Assembly: GCA_002189035.1 (NCBI GenBank)
Contig: NEEC01000007.1
Location: 3,286,001-3,350,000, forward strand
Direction of reading: 5' to 3'
DNA from: Utricularia gibba
Taxonomy: Eukaryota; Plantae; Magnoliophyta
DNA: 64,000 nucleotides
Position 1 is the stretch's first letter. Every line of letters starts with the position of its first letter. Shown piece after piece: positions 1-12,759 of the stretch. The notes under the pieces were generated by a model. That model was not told where the DNA came from and ran no database searches. It saw only the letters and a program-made list of their open reading frames with translations. The position numbers and the translations under genes were made by a program.

Positions 1-107
1 CAGCTTCTCCCTTATATACAATCCTTGTTCCATTACCTATAGGGTTGAAATCCTATTCCTTGCCCTGCTAGAGTTTTCCTCCCTAATGCTAATTGCCATT
101 CTCGCAG

Positions 108-784
108 CTGGTTAGGTATGCTTCCAGGGACATGGGCGTACGTGAGTGCAGGTGCATTTGGGCGCGCCTTGATCGTGAGTTCAATGTTTTTCCCTGAATC
201 CGATGCCTGGTTTTTCGACTGCGTTTGCTCGTATGAACTGTATAGCTTTGTTTCAGCAAGAAGAATCTGAAGTTGGCTTACCAGGAGGAAGTGGGCAGCT
301 TTTAGCTCTGGGGCTGGGGCTGCTTGCCACCGCAGTTGCTGCAACTTATGTCGCCCGTCTAGCTAAGGTACACCAAGATTGCGACCAGTCTAAGTTTAGT
401 GTATAGTTTGTTCGATTTAATTAATAATTTATATTTAACTAATAAATAGAAGTTATTGTATAATTAGAAGCATTTTATTATTAATAAATATAAGCTATTA
501 TTGATTAAATAAGTTATATTTTCTCAATTTGATAAGTAGATAAAATAGTTAAAATTGAAATAAATTAAGAATAAATAGAAGATAAGTTTTAAAATTAATG
601 AATTAAATGTAAAAACATTTATTTTTATTTTTATTTTAAGTTATAAGTTGCAAAATAAGTCACATAAATTACTTACTTAATCTTTTAGTGATTGGAAAAT
701 GGTGTGTGTTTGGATTCTGGTATGGCTGTTTTAATCACTTGCTGGTTTGTGATGCTGTAGGACGCGGTGAAGGACATTGATTAG
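108..784 (+). CDS. 3' exons of a TVP38/TMEM64 (SNARE-associated Golgi / VTT domain) membrane protein; 5' part lies outside the window
   Basis: Exons 108-174 (WLGMLPGTWAYVSAGAFGRALI), 257-367 (QEESEVGLPGGSGQLLALGLGLLATAVAATYVARLAK) and 761-784 (DAVKDID*), joined by GT-AG introns in frame. Motifs match the plant TVP38/TMEM64 C-terminus. Confidence 0.85.
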
Positions 785-1104
785 ATACCTCTGTGGCGAG
801 CAGTTGAATAGGCTGCTGCATCTCCTCATTGTTAGATGTATGTTGTATATCCGAGCAAGCTCTCATGTATCTCCTACAATAATGTAATGCGAATAATTAA
901 AAAATTCTAATTTATTTATGGGCTTAGCTGCTGGGCCTCTTCGAAAAATCCAATGGCCCAATAAATGTGCCGATGCGGAAAGGGATACAAGTACTTCGAC
1001 GAGTACGATTTCTATGTACAAAAACCGCGATTACGAACCGTGCCATCATCGTTGCCCTGTGGAAACCCTAGGTTGTTTCGTGCTTCACGTCCACGGGATC
1101 TGTT

Positions 1105-4100
1105 ATGGCGGAGGAGAGCGTCATCGAGTCTCTGGAATCTTCCCCGGTGGCGTCTGTTGCGGCGGACCACCATAAGAGGAAACACGTAGAGTTGGAGCTT
1201 AATACCGCCCCTGAACTTCCCACCGACTCGGATGCTCTCCCTGATGGCGAATCGGTAGCTAACGGTACGAGGAGAGATGAGAATGGTGTTGATAATGAAT
1301 CCGAGTGTAAGCGGCCGCGTACGGCGACGAACGGTGGAAATGTGGATGTCGCGGGCGATGGCATAGGTATTTCGCCATGGTGGTTTTCTGTTATCTCTAT
1401 TACTACGGCGTTGTGGCATTGCTCAGTCTTAATCTTTGGATGAAGCTTCCAAGTCTGTAGCGTACGCTAATACCTCGCATCTGTGTAGATCTTAGCAGTA
1501 GTGATCATACAGAGGAGACAGTTGAAAAGCTCAGTGAAGTGCCAGCTGAACACCAGAAACCTGCAGATGAGAATAGTCAAGAATCTGCTCAGATTGTTCC
1601 CCCACAAGTGCCTTTCGTTGATGGGAATGAGATTGATAAGAACGAGACAGTTGACCTGGAAAAATCCAAGGATGAAGTCGAAGAAGAGTCGAAGGAAGTG
1701 CAGGATTTTCCAGTTGCCCCTCCTGAAAAGCAGCGGATCATAGACACTGAGATAGTGTCTCACAAAATGGAAGTTCCGAATGATAAGGTAACCAGGAACG
1801 TTGTTTGTGAACTTTTTTTCGGTCAAATTGTTGAATTATTCAGTAGAATTATAATTCTTGATTTTTGTTTAGTGGTTCTGTAATCCTGATGCTTGTAATC
1901 CGAAAGGATGATTCTGAACTGTGCTCTTTCCATTTCTTTTGAAGGTGGGAGTCCTTATTGGCAAAGCAGGGGACACTATTCGGTCCCTCCAGGACAACTC
2001 AGGTGCCAAAATCCAGATCCTGCGGGATGCAGATGCAGATCTACGGTCTGCAACCAGACCTGTCGAACTAGTGGGTACTTGGGAGAGTATAAAGAAAGCA
2101 GAAAAGTTGATAAAGGATGTAATTGCAGAGGTAGGGCTTTCCCCAATCTTTCTTTTTTTGTTTATGCGTTTTTGGAGTTGCCTCGTTATCTAGATTATGC
2201 CACGCATCTTGAACATTAGGCTGATGCTGGTGGCTCTCCTTCGCTGGTTGCTCGGGGATTCAGTGCTGTGCAGGTTTCCAGTGGTGGTGAACAAATTGAA
2301 ATGCCAGTTCCGATTGACAAGGCTGGTTCAAAAAAGCTATTTGTGCTTCTCAAAAGACTGAATTTCAATGAGTTTATGGGTTTTTTTTTAAATCATGTTG
2401 TAATCTTGAAACCTGAATGATTGTTTAGGTTGGTCTGGTCATTGGAAAGGGTGGGGAAACAATTAGAAATTTGCAAACTAGGTCAGGGGCGAGAATCCAG
2501 GTATATACTGTGTTTATTGAATATTGTGTCTTCAGAATCATGGAACTTTGAATTGGAAACAATATCCATTGTACATATACAGTTGTTACAACAAAGCCCG
2601 TCCGATGGAGACCATTCCAATGAGAAGACAGTTCGGGTGACTGGTACAAGGAAGCAGATTGAAATGGCCAAAGAAATGATAGAAGATGTGATGAATCAGG
2701 TTTGTCTTGGTTTTTCCCTTTGCTTTGTAAATCATCTTATTTTTGGTGATGAGCACTTTACTGTATTTGTATGCTTTCAAAAAAGCATGGTTATCAGTGC
2801 TCTTCATTTATTGCATCATATTATTTAGATTATCAATTGATTTTAGCTAATATGACGCTGTATGTGATATATTACATTATGGATACCATGTGGTAGGTAA
2901 ACTTTTGAAGTTGCATGTGATTCGTGTTCTCTGTTTGTATATTCTCATGAATGAGGATTGTGCTTGTGTTCACTGCCCATGTTATTTGGCTCTTATCATG
3001 ATTGCCTTCTACCTTAGTGAATAAACAGTCAAATGCAATCACGAGTTAGCTATTTACACCTATTCGTGAGATGTTATTTCCATGTAGTTTCAAGATGTAT
3101 CCTATGATCAACATTATGTGGCATGTGCGAAGGTTGTTTCAACATTGACCAAATCGTGTGTTAATTAATAATGATTCAATTTACCTGTTACTGAAAGTGG
3201 ATGAGGTACTGCATAGTAGGCTCCTAAGACCCTGTCTGGTCATTATTAACTTTATCTATTGTTAACGAATTTTCTTTATTTTTTAGGCTGTATGTGCACT
3301 TGTGAACCAAAAATTAGATCAAGGCTTAACATGATACTTGCTTTTATCCCTCTTGATTATCTCTACCCTTCCAGTGTTCTGAAAAACACATCCAACTGAT
3401 TATTATTTATTCTATGAGCTTGAGGTGGGACACCATGGGCTACACAGCTTCATAGAAGGGGGTCTGATTATATTATCTTTTTAGGTCTCTTAATGCTATA
3501 AGATGATTAAATTAGATTTCCGGTTGCCATTATTTATCTGTGTAAAGGTGCCAATGTCGAATTGGTTGGCTGTAAAAATGCAGATTTGGCTTTTCCTTTC
3601 ACTACCAGTTCGCTTTGCCCTTTTGGTGTCTCAATACTCGACCACTATCCTTTTGCATCACCAGAGGAGAGGTATCAAGCATTACCTCAACATTGCAGGA
3701 TGTTAATGATAGTTGGTAAGATTGTTTTTGGACTTGGAAGCTGATAAGACTAGTGCTAATAAGGCAACATGACATGCCTGATCATGTTCTTGAGAAGTTA
3801 TTGGAAACAGTGCCTCAAGTTGCTGAGAAACATTAATTGAATGTTGGCTGAATCTATTAGTTTTATGCCCCATTTTAGATACATCAGATCCAATTTTATG
3901 CTTAGTCTTATCGTTACCATGGTTACTGTGAGGCTCCATTATCGCTCTTTCATCTTGGAATATATCTCTTCATCTAAGCTTTGTTCTGACTTTCTTAGTT
4001 TTTTTTTTTTTTTTTTGTTCTTTCTCTGATAAGTTTCTGTTGCCTTTTTTTTTCTCCATGTTAGTAGTTGACGGGTATACCTTTTTGGTGGTCATTTACT

Positions 4101-5621
4101 GTTGTTTCTTTAAACAGGTTCCGAATGGTAAATCTCTTTTAGTGTTTTTGCCATGATGTGCAGGCTAATTACTGATGCTATTCAATTGGTTATGTTATAG
4201 TTCACGATTTATGAATCTGGCATTTGTGTTCTAACCTGTATCAGCTTATTCATATTAATGATTGCATGAGCAATTATTTATTTGTACCCATTCTTATCCG
4301 TGTTTGTTTGTATAGAGACTTGGATCAAGGTTTACTCCCCTTTTCACCCTTCATCTGACTCAGTTTCTCCTTCCCAGAACTTGAGGCCGTCACCTCTATC
4401 TGGCGTTTACAACCAGTCTGGATATCGTTCCCATGGGCCTAATGCTCCTTATTGGGGACCTCGAGGCCAACCTCATTCACAATATCCTGGTTACGACTTT
4501 CCCCAAAGAGGACCGTATTCTTCTCAATATCCACCCCAATCGTATGGCAATTATCCTCCCCACAGGCTCCAAGAGGTGGCTTTGGCCCTGGTTGGGATCA
4601 TAGGCCTCGGTCGCACGCGCCGTATTACCAGGTGAGTGGGAATCCGAGCTCTCATTTTATGTTCTGCTGAAGGTCCTGCTGACCTCCTCTGTTTCAGGGA
4701 TCATACAACTATGGACATCAGCAAGGGCCCGATTATGGAGCTCCACCTCCTTATCCTCCTCCTTCCGGACAACCTTATGGTCATGGTTATGGTGGTGCTA
4801 AATATGATTACCATCCTTCTACGCAGCATTATGGTTCCATGGGTTCTCAACCAGCCCCATATGCTCAAGGCGGTGGCACACACCCAGGTTATGGGCATCC
4901 TGATCAGTACGGCAGGCCACCCATGTATAATATGCAGCCACAAGGACCTCCTCAACCTTACGCACAACCAAGGCCTGGTCAACCTGGTGACATGTCATAT
5001 TCAGGACCTGGTTCTTCTGCCCAATCATTTGTGCATGCGATGCCGTCGCAGCCGCCATATCCATATACTAGCGGAGCAGTGCAGCAAACATACTCCGCGT
5101 ACTCCTCCGTGCCTTCCGATGCATATGGCCATGTTTCTTCCGCTGCACCTGCGTCTAGTTATCCTCAAGTTGGGTACGCATCAGCAATACCCCAACAGGC
5201 CACGGCTTATCCCCAAGCCACCATGACGGGGATGTATGGCTCATACCCAGCCGCGCAGAGTGGTTATGCCGAGCAAACAGCTGCTACCAATGCATATGCG
5301 GGGCATCAAGTTGCTGCTGCACCTTCCTACACCGGAACTCAAGTTGCCTCGTCTTACCCGTCGGCAGCTCAAGCCGCCACGGCACCCACTTATAACGGAA
5401 CTCAAGTTGCTGCTTCTTATCCTCCAACTGCGGCAACCCCGGCTGCTCCAACGCAGGCAGCCCAACCGCAGCTAGCGGCCACCTACGATCAATCTGGAGG
5501 CTATGGAGCCATACCTGCCTCGTCCACCATTCCAAAAACATCTGATGCGACTGCTGCTGTGCCCGCCCCCGCGCCATATCCTCAGTATGATTCGAGTCAG
5601 ATGTACGGAGCAGCTCGTTAG
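1105..5621 (+). CDS. KH-domain RNA-binding protein (far-upstream-element-binding-protein-like), 8 exons, Q/Y/P/G-rich C-terminus; one -1 frameshift at 4558-4561
   Basis: Exons 1105-1366, 1489-1787, 1945-2130, 2220-2321, 2429-2500, 2583-2699, 4378-4631, 4698-5621. Two KH GxxG motifs: VGVLIGKAGDTIRSLQ and VGLVIGKGGETIRNLQ. Intron 4 is GC-AG. Confidence 0.9.
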
Positions 5622-6232
5622 AGCAACCAGCGGCCTTGCCAGCGGATGTAAGGAACCCTCAACTCTGGAGCGGATGTGTGGTCGCTGCTTGAGTGCCTGC
5701 GCTATGCGATAGGAGTAACACAAATGATCATTATTATAGGAACATTCGTTGTCTTTTGTTTGTAGTTTCAAGTAGATTTTGCCCCCCCCTTCTGGTCGTC
5801 GAATTGAACTCCATGATTTTCAATGCTAGCCAGGTTAGAAGTACCCCAGAGAGTATATGGTTTATTAAAGAACGAACAAAAAATGGTGAAACAATCACCA
5901 TTTTTCAGTGAATTGCCTTCGGGGTGGCTCTGCCCTATATTCCAATGGGACATCGGCGTTGGCTGATCCTACAACACAGGAGGCGGGAACACGGCGGATA
6001 TGAGTAACGGAAAATGAGAGTCGCCGCCTGTGCGTTTCTGCAGTCAAAGACAAGCGCTTTCACTTTTTATTCACATCGGACGATCTCTTCTTCATTTGGC
6101 TTGCCTTGTGGTGCCATCTTTTCCTCTTTCCTTCCCCAGAAGAAAACAATTCAGCTTAATTCCTTCCCTGGGCGTTTTTCGTTTCAAAATTCTGTATCTC
6201 CATCTCTCAAAACACTTTTTTGTTGATCGTTT

Positions 6233-7546
6233 ATGTCTAGTCTGATTGCTTATTCTTTTGGTCGGTGTTTTTCACAGCCTGCGTATTCAGTTCCTTCTTT
6301 GAAGCTGTATTTTATCCACCGATGGCCGAATTATGGCCGTCGTGGAAAATGTGTAGGTGTTGCATCCTGGAATCGGACCTTTGCTTCTGGTGCTATTGTG
6401 AAGAGCCAAAACCAAAGCAGAATCGAGCAGAACAGTTTGGTGTCTGAAATGTTTCTAGACATAAGGAGTAACATAATGGATCTGGAGTCCAAGTTAGCAA
6501 ACCTCGCTCCAAGGTTGTCTATGAGCACCATTACGAAGATATTTCGGGTACTGAGTTCTAATAGAGTTTTGGGTTTGAGGTTTTTTGATTGGACACGAAG
6601 TAATTTTCCGAAGCTGCGAAGGAATGCACGACTTTGTAGCTTAATGATAGATAACTTTGGAAGGTTGGACGATTTTGAGAATATGTTAATCATGATGAAG
6701 GACATGTCTTCTGAAAACATCTGTTTAACATCTGAAGCCTTCGGATATTTTCCTATCTCGGATTTAGCAGAATCTTCATTGACTGAAAGCATAGAAAATG
6801 CTGTGGAAATGCTGAACCGGGTTGGAGGATCTTGTAGAAATTCTGGCGTATATGCATTGATCGAGATGTTTAGCAAGCTAAATATGATTGATATGGCAAT
6901 GTATGTTGTATCAATCACTGAGAGGAAAGAAGCGTACTTTAGCAGGATGATCCGTGAAAAATGCAGAAGGGATCTCGTTGAAGATGCATTTAGCTTGATA
7001 AGGGAGATGGAAGAAGCAGGTATATCCCCTCGTATCAACGTGTATAACTACATTCTCGGAAATTTATGCAAGAACAGCCGGATGGATGAAGTAACTGGGT
7101 TGGTTAATAGAATGAAAGAAGCTCATGTCAACCCTGATGGAGTAACCATTGAGATTCTGATCAACTCAGCTTGCAGATCAGGAAAGTCCAACAATATACC
7201 ACCGCTTCTTCATCAACTGGAATGTTTAGGAATCGAGCCTCGGCCGGAGACTCATCTGCGCTTCATCAGGACAATGTTCGCAAATGAGGAATATGAAGCT
7301 GTGTACAAACATGTGGCTGATTCATGTGTAGTGTGCAGTAGAGGTAGCAACATGATATACTGCTTATTTGCTAAGCTTCAACTCAAGAAAGGTGATGTTC
7401 TGAAGGCTTCAGAAGTTTTGGTTGAAATGATGGAGAAGAGATTGAAGCCGGATGCCTACATTTACAGGAAAATTGTGAAGCAGCTTCTGGATATTCAAAG
7501 GCAAGATTTGGCTAGGAGCATCCAATCCTTGTATTCCAGATTCTAG
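6233..7546 (+). CDS. P-class pentatricopeptide repeat protein, single exon, 437 aa, probable organelle targeting peptide
   Basis: Uninterrupted ORF with 35-aa PPR units, e.g. YFSRMIREKCRRDLVEDAFSLIREMEEAGISPRIN / VYNYILGNLCKNSRMDEVTGLVNRMKEAHVNPDGV. Confidence 0.9.
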   Translation: MSSLIAYSFGRCFSQPAYSVPSLKLYFIHRWPNYGRRGKCVGVASWNRTFASGAIVKSQNQSRIEQNSLVSEMFLDIRSNIMDLESKLANLAPRLSMSTITKIFRVLSSNRVLGLRFFDWTRSNFPKLRRNARLCSLMIDNFGRLDDFENMLIMMKDMSSENICLTSEAFGYFPISDLAESSLTESIENAVEMLNRVGGSCRNSGVYALIEMFSKLNMIDMAMYVVSITERKEAYFSRMIREKCRRDLVEDAFSLIREMEEAGISPRINVYNYILGNLCKNSRMDEVTGLVNRMKEAHVNPDGVTIEILINSACRSGKSNNIPPLLHQLECLGIEPRPETHLRFIRTMFANEEYEAVYKHVADSCVVCSRGSNMIYCLFAKLQLKKGDVLKASEVLVEMMEKRLKPDAYIYRKIVKQLLDIQRQDLARSIQSLYSRF

Positions 7547-8509
7547 AAAAGCCCCTCACGAGTATTATTGATAGTTCCCAGAGTGAGGCTTCATTCAAAA
7601 GGGAAAGATCGTCCCAATTGCTTAAAAAGATATAACGTGGTTTACAAGGATGGTGAAGGTGAATATCATTATCAAATCTTTCTTCGTGCACACTCCTCCA
7701 GGTTAAATAGTTTGAATGTAGTTGTTCATACCTGTTTTTTTGGTTCAGCTGGTGGTGTGAGACGCCAGGCAGTCCATTCGCCTGTTCTTGGGCCATATAT
7801 TTCCATGACAAGTGCTCGGGTGGGTGCTTTCAGTATATCAAACATGCTATGTAAGCCACAGACTCGGGAACAACAACCCGTTCCAGCACCAGCCCACTCA
7901 AAGTTTACTCAAGGCCTTAGATCCCTCTCCGGATTCCCTTCTTCCGACCGGACTCCCTATTTCCCCACTTTTTTGTCTAGCTAGTGAGAGAATTGTAGAC
8001 TTTTTGTAAGTTAGCTGTTGGCTAAGGGATATATGTTGGAGTGTGATGTCCCTTTGAAGGAAGAAAAGGAACTTTGATCGGGAAAATGACAGAAGAAGAA
8101 ACTCACTATGATGAAGATAGATTGTAGGAACAAGACGAGCAGCAATGGATTGAGGGCAAGGAACGATTTAGGGTTTATGATTTTAGGCTCAAGTCAAACC
8201 AAGTTATTGAGGGTGTTTTACATTAATTGTAATAAATTAACTTATAAGTAGTAGATGTTTGTTTGAACTTATTTATAAAAGTTATAATTAAAAGTTAGTA
8301 GTGTTTGACATAAATTTCAAAATTTGTAAATAAAAATTTAAAATACCCTTATATTCATTTAAATGTTTTTAATAATATAACTTATATTTATTATTCTCAC
8401 ATAATTATAATAATATCAACACAAATCTTATTCAATCATAATAATATGCATAATGAATGATAGATTGAGTTACATAAACTCTGAAAACAACAAAAGATAA
8501 ACTAAAGTT

Positions 8510-9675
8510 GATATTAGGAAATATTTTTAATTCATTCTACGAATTGATGCACATATTGCATTACGTAAGGCATTCATATATGCATCTTGAGTTGAAGATA
8601 CAAAAGCTTATACCATTGGTAAAATTGTTTGAAGATTATATGGTGGAATTCAATTATCAGCTTCAAAATGTAAGAAATTCGGATCATTTGCATCAACCCT
8701 CTTGATAAAATTGCAAATTGCCATAATTGCTAGTACAATAAGTATTTGGTCATACCATGAAAATTTCCAAGGAAGTCTATTAACCATGTTAAACTTTGTC
8801 TTTCATACTCCAAAACATCGCTTAATTATAGAATGTAGTGAAGAGTATCAATAATTGTACATCTCAGTAGGATTTCTAACCCATGGATTAACACGAAACT
8901 CTTCCAAATGGTACATTTGACATCTATATGATGTCAAAAAAAAAAGTAGTATTCATATACCTAAAATCCGCAAGATCATGCATTTGTCCTTCATATCTTG
9001 AAGCTACAAAGATGAATAGCATATTGAAGTCGCATACTGCCAAAATATTCTGTGTGGCTTCACGGTATCGACCAAAAAAAGGATGTTTATCTTCTTTTCT
9101 AATTCTCGCCAGAATATGCGTACCATCAATGGCATCAATTGCATCTTGAAAATGAGGTCAAAATCGAGAATCATTTCTTATTTTTGCAAGGGGAGTCAAC
9201 TTATCATTGTTGGGACAATAAATTTAGAAGCCATATTTGCACAAGCATCAAGAACTACACGAAAACTTTGACTGACAATATATCCAGAACATTGGAACCA
9301 TTCTTGAAGCAAACGATTACTATATTTCAAATCCATTGCCAAAAGAAACGTCACCACTTGTTCCTCAACAGAGATGTTGCGCGTGGCTATTAAACCATAG
9401 TGTTCATATAAAACACTACATAACCTATGAAATGTTTCTCGTTCCATTCGAAGTAGTTGATATGAGCAAATCCAGTGGTCTTCCAATATACCCTTCAACC
9501 ATGCAGCTCCAGTTAACTTTCTATCTCGACAAGACATTCTTACAAAAGTGCATTGGTAAAATTCAAGAATGGATTGCACTAGTGTTGCTATAACAGAGAC
9601 TATTTTAGCATTTGGAATCTCACCTTCATCTTTAGAATTATTGGTGCGCAGGGAAGAGTTATTGGAAGAAGACAT
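8510..9675 (-). pseudogene. Harbinger DDE transposase, disrupted
   Basis: LRMERETFHRLCSVL...ISVEEQVVTFL, DAIDGTHI, TQNILAVCDFNMLFIFV and IIKRCFGV motifs, with in-frame stops. Left end approximate. Confidence 0.85.
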
Positions 9676-10071
9676 GGATGCGTTGTGTATGAGAATGATG
9701 TATAACCTTAATTTTATAGATGAAAAAGGTGGAATCTTTGTAAGAAATCACATGCAATAGTTTTAGAAACCCACATGCAATTGTCGTTGAAAAGCAAATA
9801 CAGCTAATAAAGCATATGGAATTGATGCAGGAAAAACATATGGAATTCATGCAGAAAAGCACATGGAATTCATGCAAAAAGCATTGAGAATTGATGTATA
9901 AAAGCACTGGGAATTGATGCAGAAAAGCATATGGAATTGTTATATAAAATCAAAATTCAATTAGACATCCACATGAAATGGTTCAACTTTAAAGAAAACG
10001 ATGTTCTTACTACATTTCAATTTCACCCACTAATATTAAAAAAAACTATTTTAAATTATCACTCTTATATG

Positions 10072-11134
10072 CTATGATAAATGCAACCTCTCTGCATTAC
10101 TTGTCATACTTATAAAAACTTCACGATAAACAATCTTGCCAAACGCCAATGCAATAGCTCCAAACACACTTGGATCCTCTCGTACATCTGGAATTCCCCT
10201 CACTATATCTAAGCACTCTGCAATCAACGGTAACTTTGGTCTTTGAGGCACAGATGAAAAAGATACACTCTTTAACTGATTTGTTAAAGCAACCACTGAC
10301 TCAGCCAACTTTTCTCCTGTTTCTTTCATGGTTCTTCTTTGATGTTTGTTTCCCACATTAGCACTGCTCCCACCAACTTTCACACTTCCCTAAACATTAA
10401 CGGATTAGAAGTAAATTCATATAATACTAAAATAATTTAAATAGTAATATATATGTTGTGGATTATCATAAAATGATGATTGTTCATTCATTTCAATATC
10501 AATATTGTAGAAAAAGTCATCATCTTGGATATTTATGTTGTCTAACTCAACTGATGCATCACCATCATTAGTAGAGCTATCAACTCCAATCAACATACGA
10601 TAAGGTGCTCGTGGAGGGACTTTGCCATTTCTAGTATTTCATGCCGAATCAGCTATTGCAGTCATTGGTGTGAAGATAACACTTTACAAATCTGAATAAA
10701 TAGGTGGAGTGGTCTTGAATATTTTTTGCATCCTAGCATCTCCTAGAAAATATAAAATAATTGATTATAATGCATTTATCATTTATAAATACAATAAAAA
10801 ATCACCTTAATCATTCTTGACCACCATTCATCTGTTCTAGTTATGATTCCCAAGTTGTCATCTTAGCCAATTCCAGTTGTCTTTTGAAGCCTAATCCACG
10901 TAGATAAATATTTTTTCATTATATTGAATTTATTCTTCAACTGTTTTATCACATAACAACGGCCCATCCTTTCATTAAACTCTTTCAAATCCCATGTCAC
11001 CCTTGAGAATTAAAACATGTTCCAAGCATATTGTTTGCATAAACTTGATGTGCACAAGCTTTCAAAACTATATGAGTAGCATTTTCGTCCCAAGCAGCAC
11101 TAGAGGTAGGCAAAGATGATCCTTGTTTATCCAT
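10072..11134 (-). pseudogene. Harbinger Myb/SANT-like DNA-binding ORF, disrupted
   Basis: ATG at 11134: MDKQGSSLPTSSAAWDENATHIVLKAC...QLKNKFNIMKK...TTGIG*DDNLGIITRTDEWW. Last exon 10072-10383 reads LIAECLDIV...AFGKIVYREVFISM. Confidence 0.75.
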
Positions 11135-12759
11135 GTGTTCCATGTTTTAAAAAATGATTAATATATCATTTAATTATAAACATCTAATACTATTTCAAAT
11201 AAATTTTTAATAACAAAAGATAAAATAACAAAATTGCACATATAAAAATTAAATCTTGCATCTAGTATATATCAAAACAAAAAAAGGTTCGAGAAATCTT
11301 CGTTAGCCTACAAATGATTGCATTCCATACACAATAATCACAAAAATATAGAAGATTTAGATGAATGCATATAACAAAACAAGCCAATAGTATCATTAAA
11401 TCACATATAGACAAGGAAAACATAAAGATCACAACTTTTTAGGTAGCTAGTTACCAAAAATGTTAAATTGCAATAGTACCAAGGAAAAATAAGATTTGTG
11501 AAAAAAAAAAAGCCACCCTCTGGATCAATTGCTCCCGGTATTACACAAATATTGAAAATAGAAAAGAATATGTTCAAGATTCTATGTTTTGAAGAAAATA
11601 AACCTGATGAAACATAAGTGTAGGCTTTGACCCATAATAACAAAAAAAAAAAAAAAAAAGATCCCTCTTGTGATGTAAAGATAAAAACAAATGAATTAGA
11701 TATTGTGCTTTAATACAAAATTCCCATAAATAACATTTAATAATGATAAAAATCAATTTGATATTATGTTCTAATACAAAACTTAAACCCTAAAATCATC
11801 CCTAAATCACAAATGATACTAAATTTCATGTATAATTAAACACATATTTCAAACAAATTTCACATTTGAATAAACACTCATTTCATGTAGTTAAATATCA
11901 CCTTCATAACCTCTCATGAAAATATAAACTAGAAACTCACCACAAACCTCCACCAAAGAGTCGTAGGAGAAATTTTAGGATGAAGTAAAATTTTTATCAT
12001 TTAATATTTCAATATGAGGGCATATAAGTAATTTCACAGGATTTTTTTTTTAATTTAAGTTACATTTAAGTAACTATATACTACTTTAAAATACTATTTA
12101 TAAGTAACTTATAAATCATAACTTATAAGTTAAAAAAACACTCATTTAATAAGTTTACTACCTATAATTTGGTTAAGTTATTTATAAGTTATATAAAACA
12201 CTCCCATTATTTGAGGTCCAACAGAGTGAGAAGTTCAAGTTTGAAACAATATTTCTAGAAGTTAGCTCATCTCAATTTGAAGTTCACATAATTTGGATGT
12301 CACTTGATTAGAGATTACACATGAAGCTACAAGAAGATCAAGATAAAATCAACAACTACTCAAGCCAAGACCAACGATCATATATGCATTATAAATATTA
12401 GTTGAACATTTTGTATATAAATGCAATAAAGACTTCATATATTCCACAATAAGTTCTACAATTCTTCCCAAAATTTCACTTCTATTTTATACTCAACAAA
12501 ATTCATGCCTAGTTACTTGCATGGTGAACTTGACATAAAGTGTTAAGAAAATCGATATTGCCACCTATAGAAATCTGCTTCACTCTATACCCAAGCATAA
12601 CTACACTGCAACAAACTCCACTAGTCTTTAATGACTAGAACTATGAATCATAGGCTGTTAGAATGGAGAGCTAGTCAGAATGAATGATTTATGCTCAACT
12701 ATTAATTCAATTAAATTTTCTTTCTTTATAGAGATAGAAGATGAAAATCAAAGTCAAAT

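Larger units (their letters stand above)
8209..12205 (-). mobile_element. PIF/Harbinger DNA transposon, ~4.0 kb, degenerate, both ORFs present
   Basis: Terminal inverted repeats GAGGGTGTTTTA (8209) and TAAAACACTCCC (12205). A 3-bp direct repeat ATT lies at 8206-8208 and 12206-12208. Contains a DDE transposase and a Myb/SANT-like ORF, both on the minus strand. Confidence 0.85.

Noticed and set aside
203-406. 67-aa stand-alone ORF
   Set aside because: It is one internal TVP38 exon (257-367) plus intron read-through.
6331-7038. 235-aa minus-strand ORF
   Set aside because: Antisense shadow of the PPR coding sequence, with no recognisable motif.
7568-8009. ORFs of 138 and 65 aa downstream of the PPR
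   Set aside because: Non-ATG or weak starts and no motifs; probably PPR 3' UTR. An extra spliced exon cannot be excluded without RNA data.
8160-8190. Telomere-like TTTAGGG
   Set aside because: Only 1-2 imperfect units, not an interstitial telomeric array.
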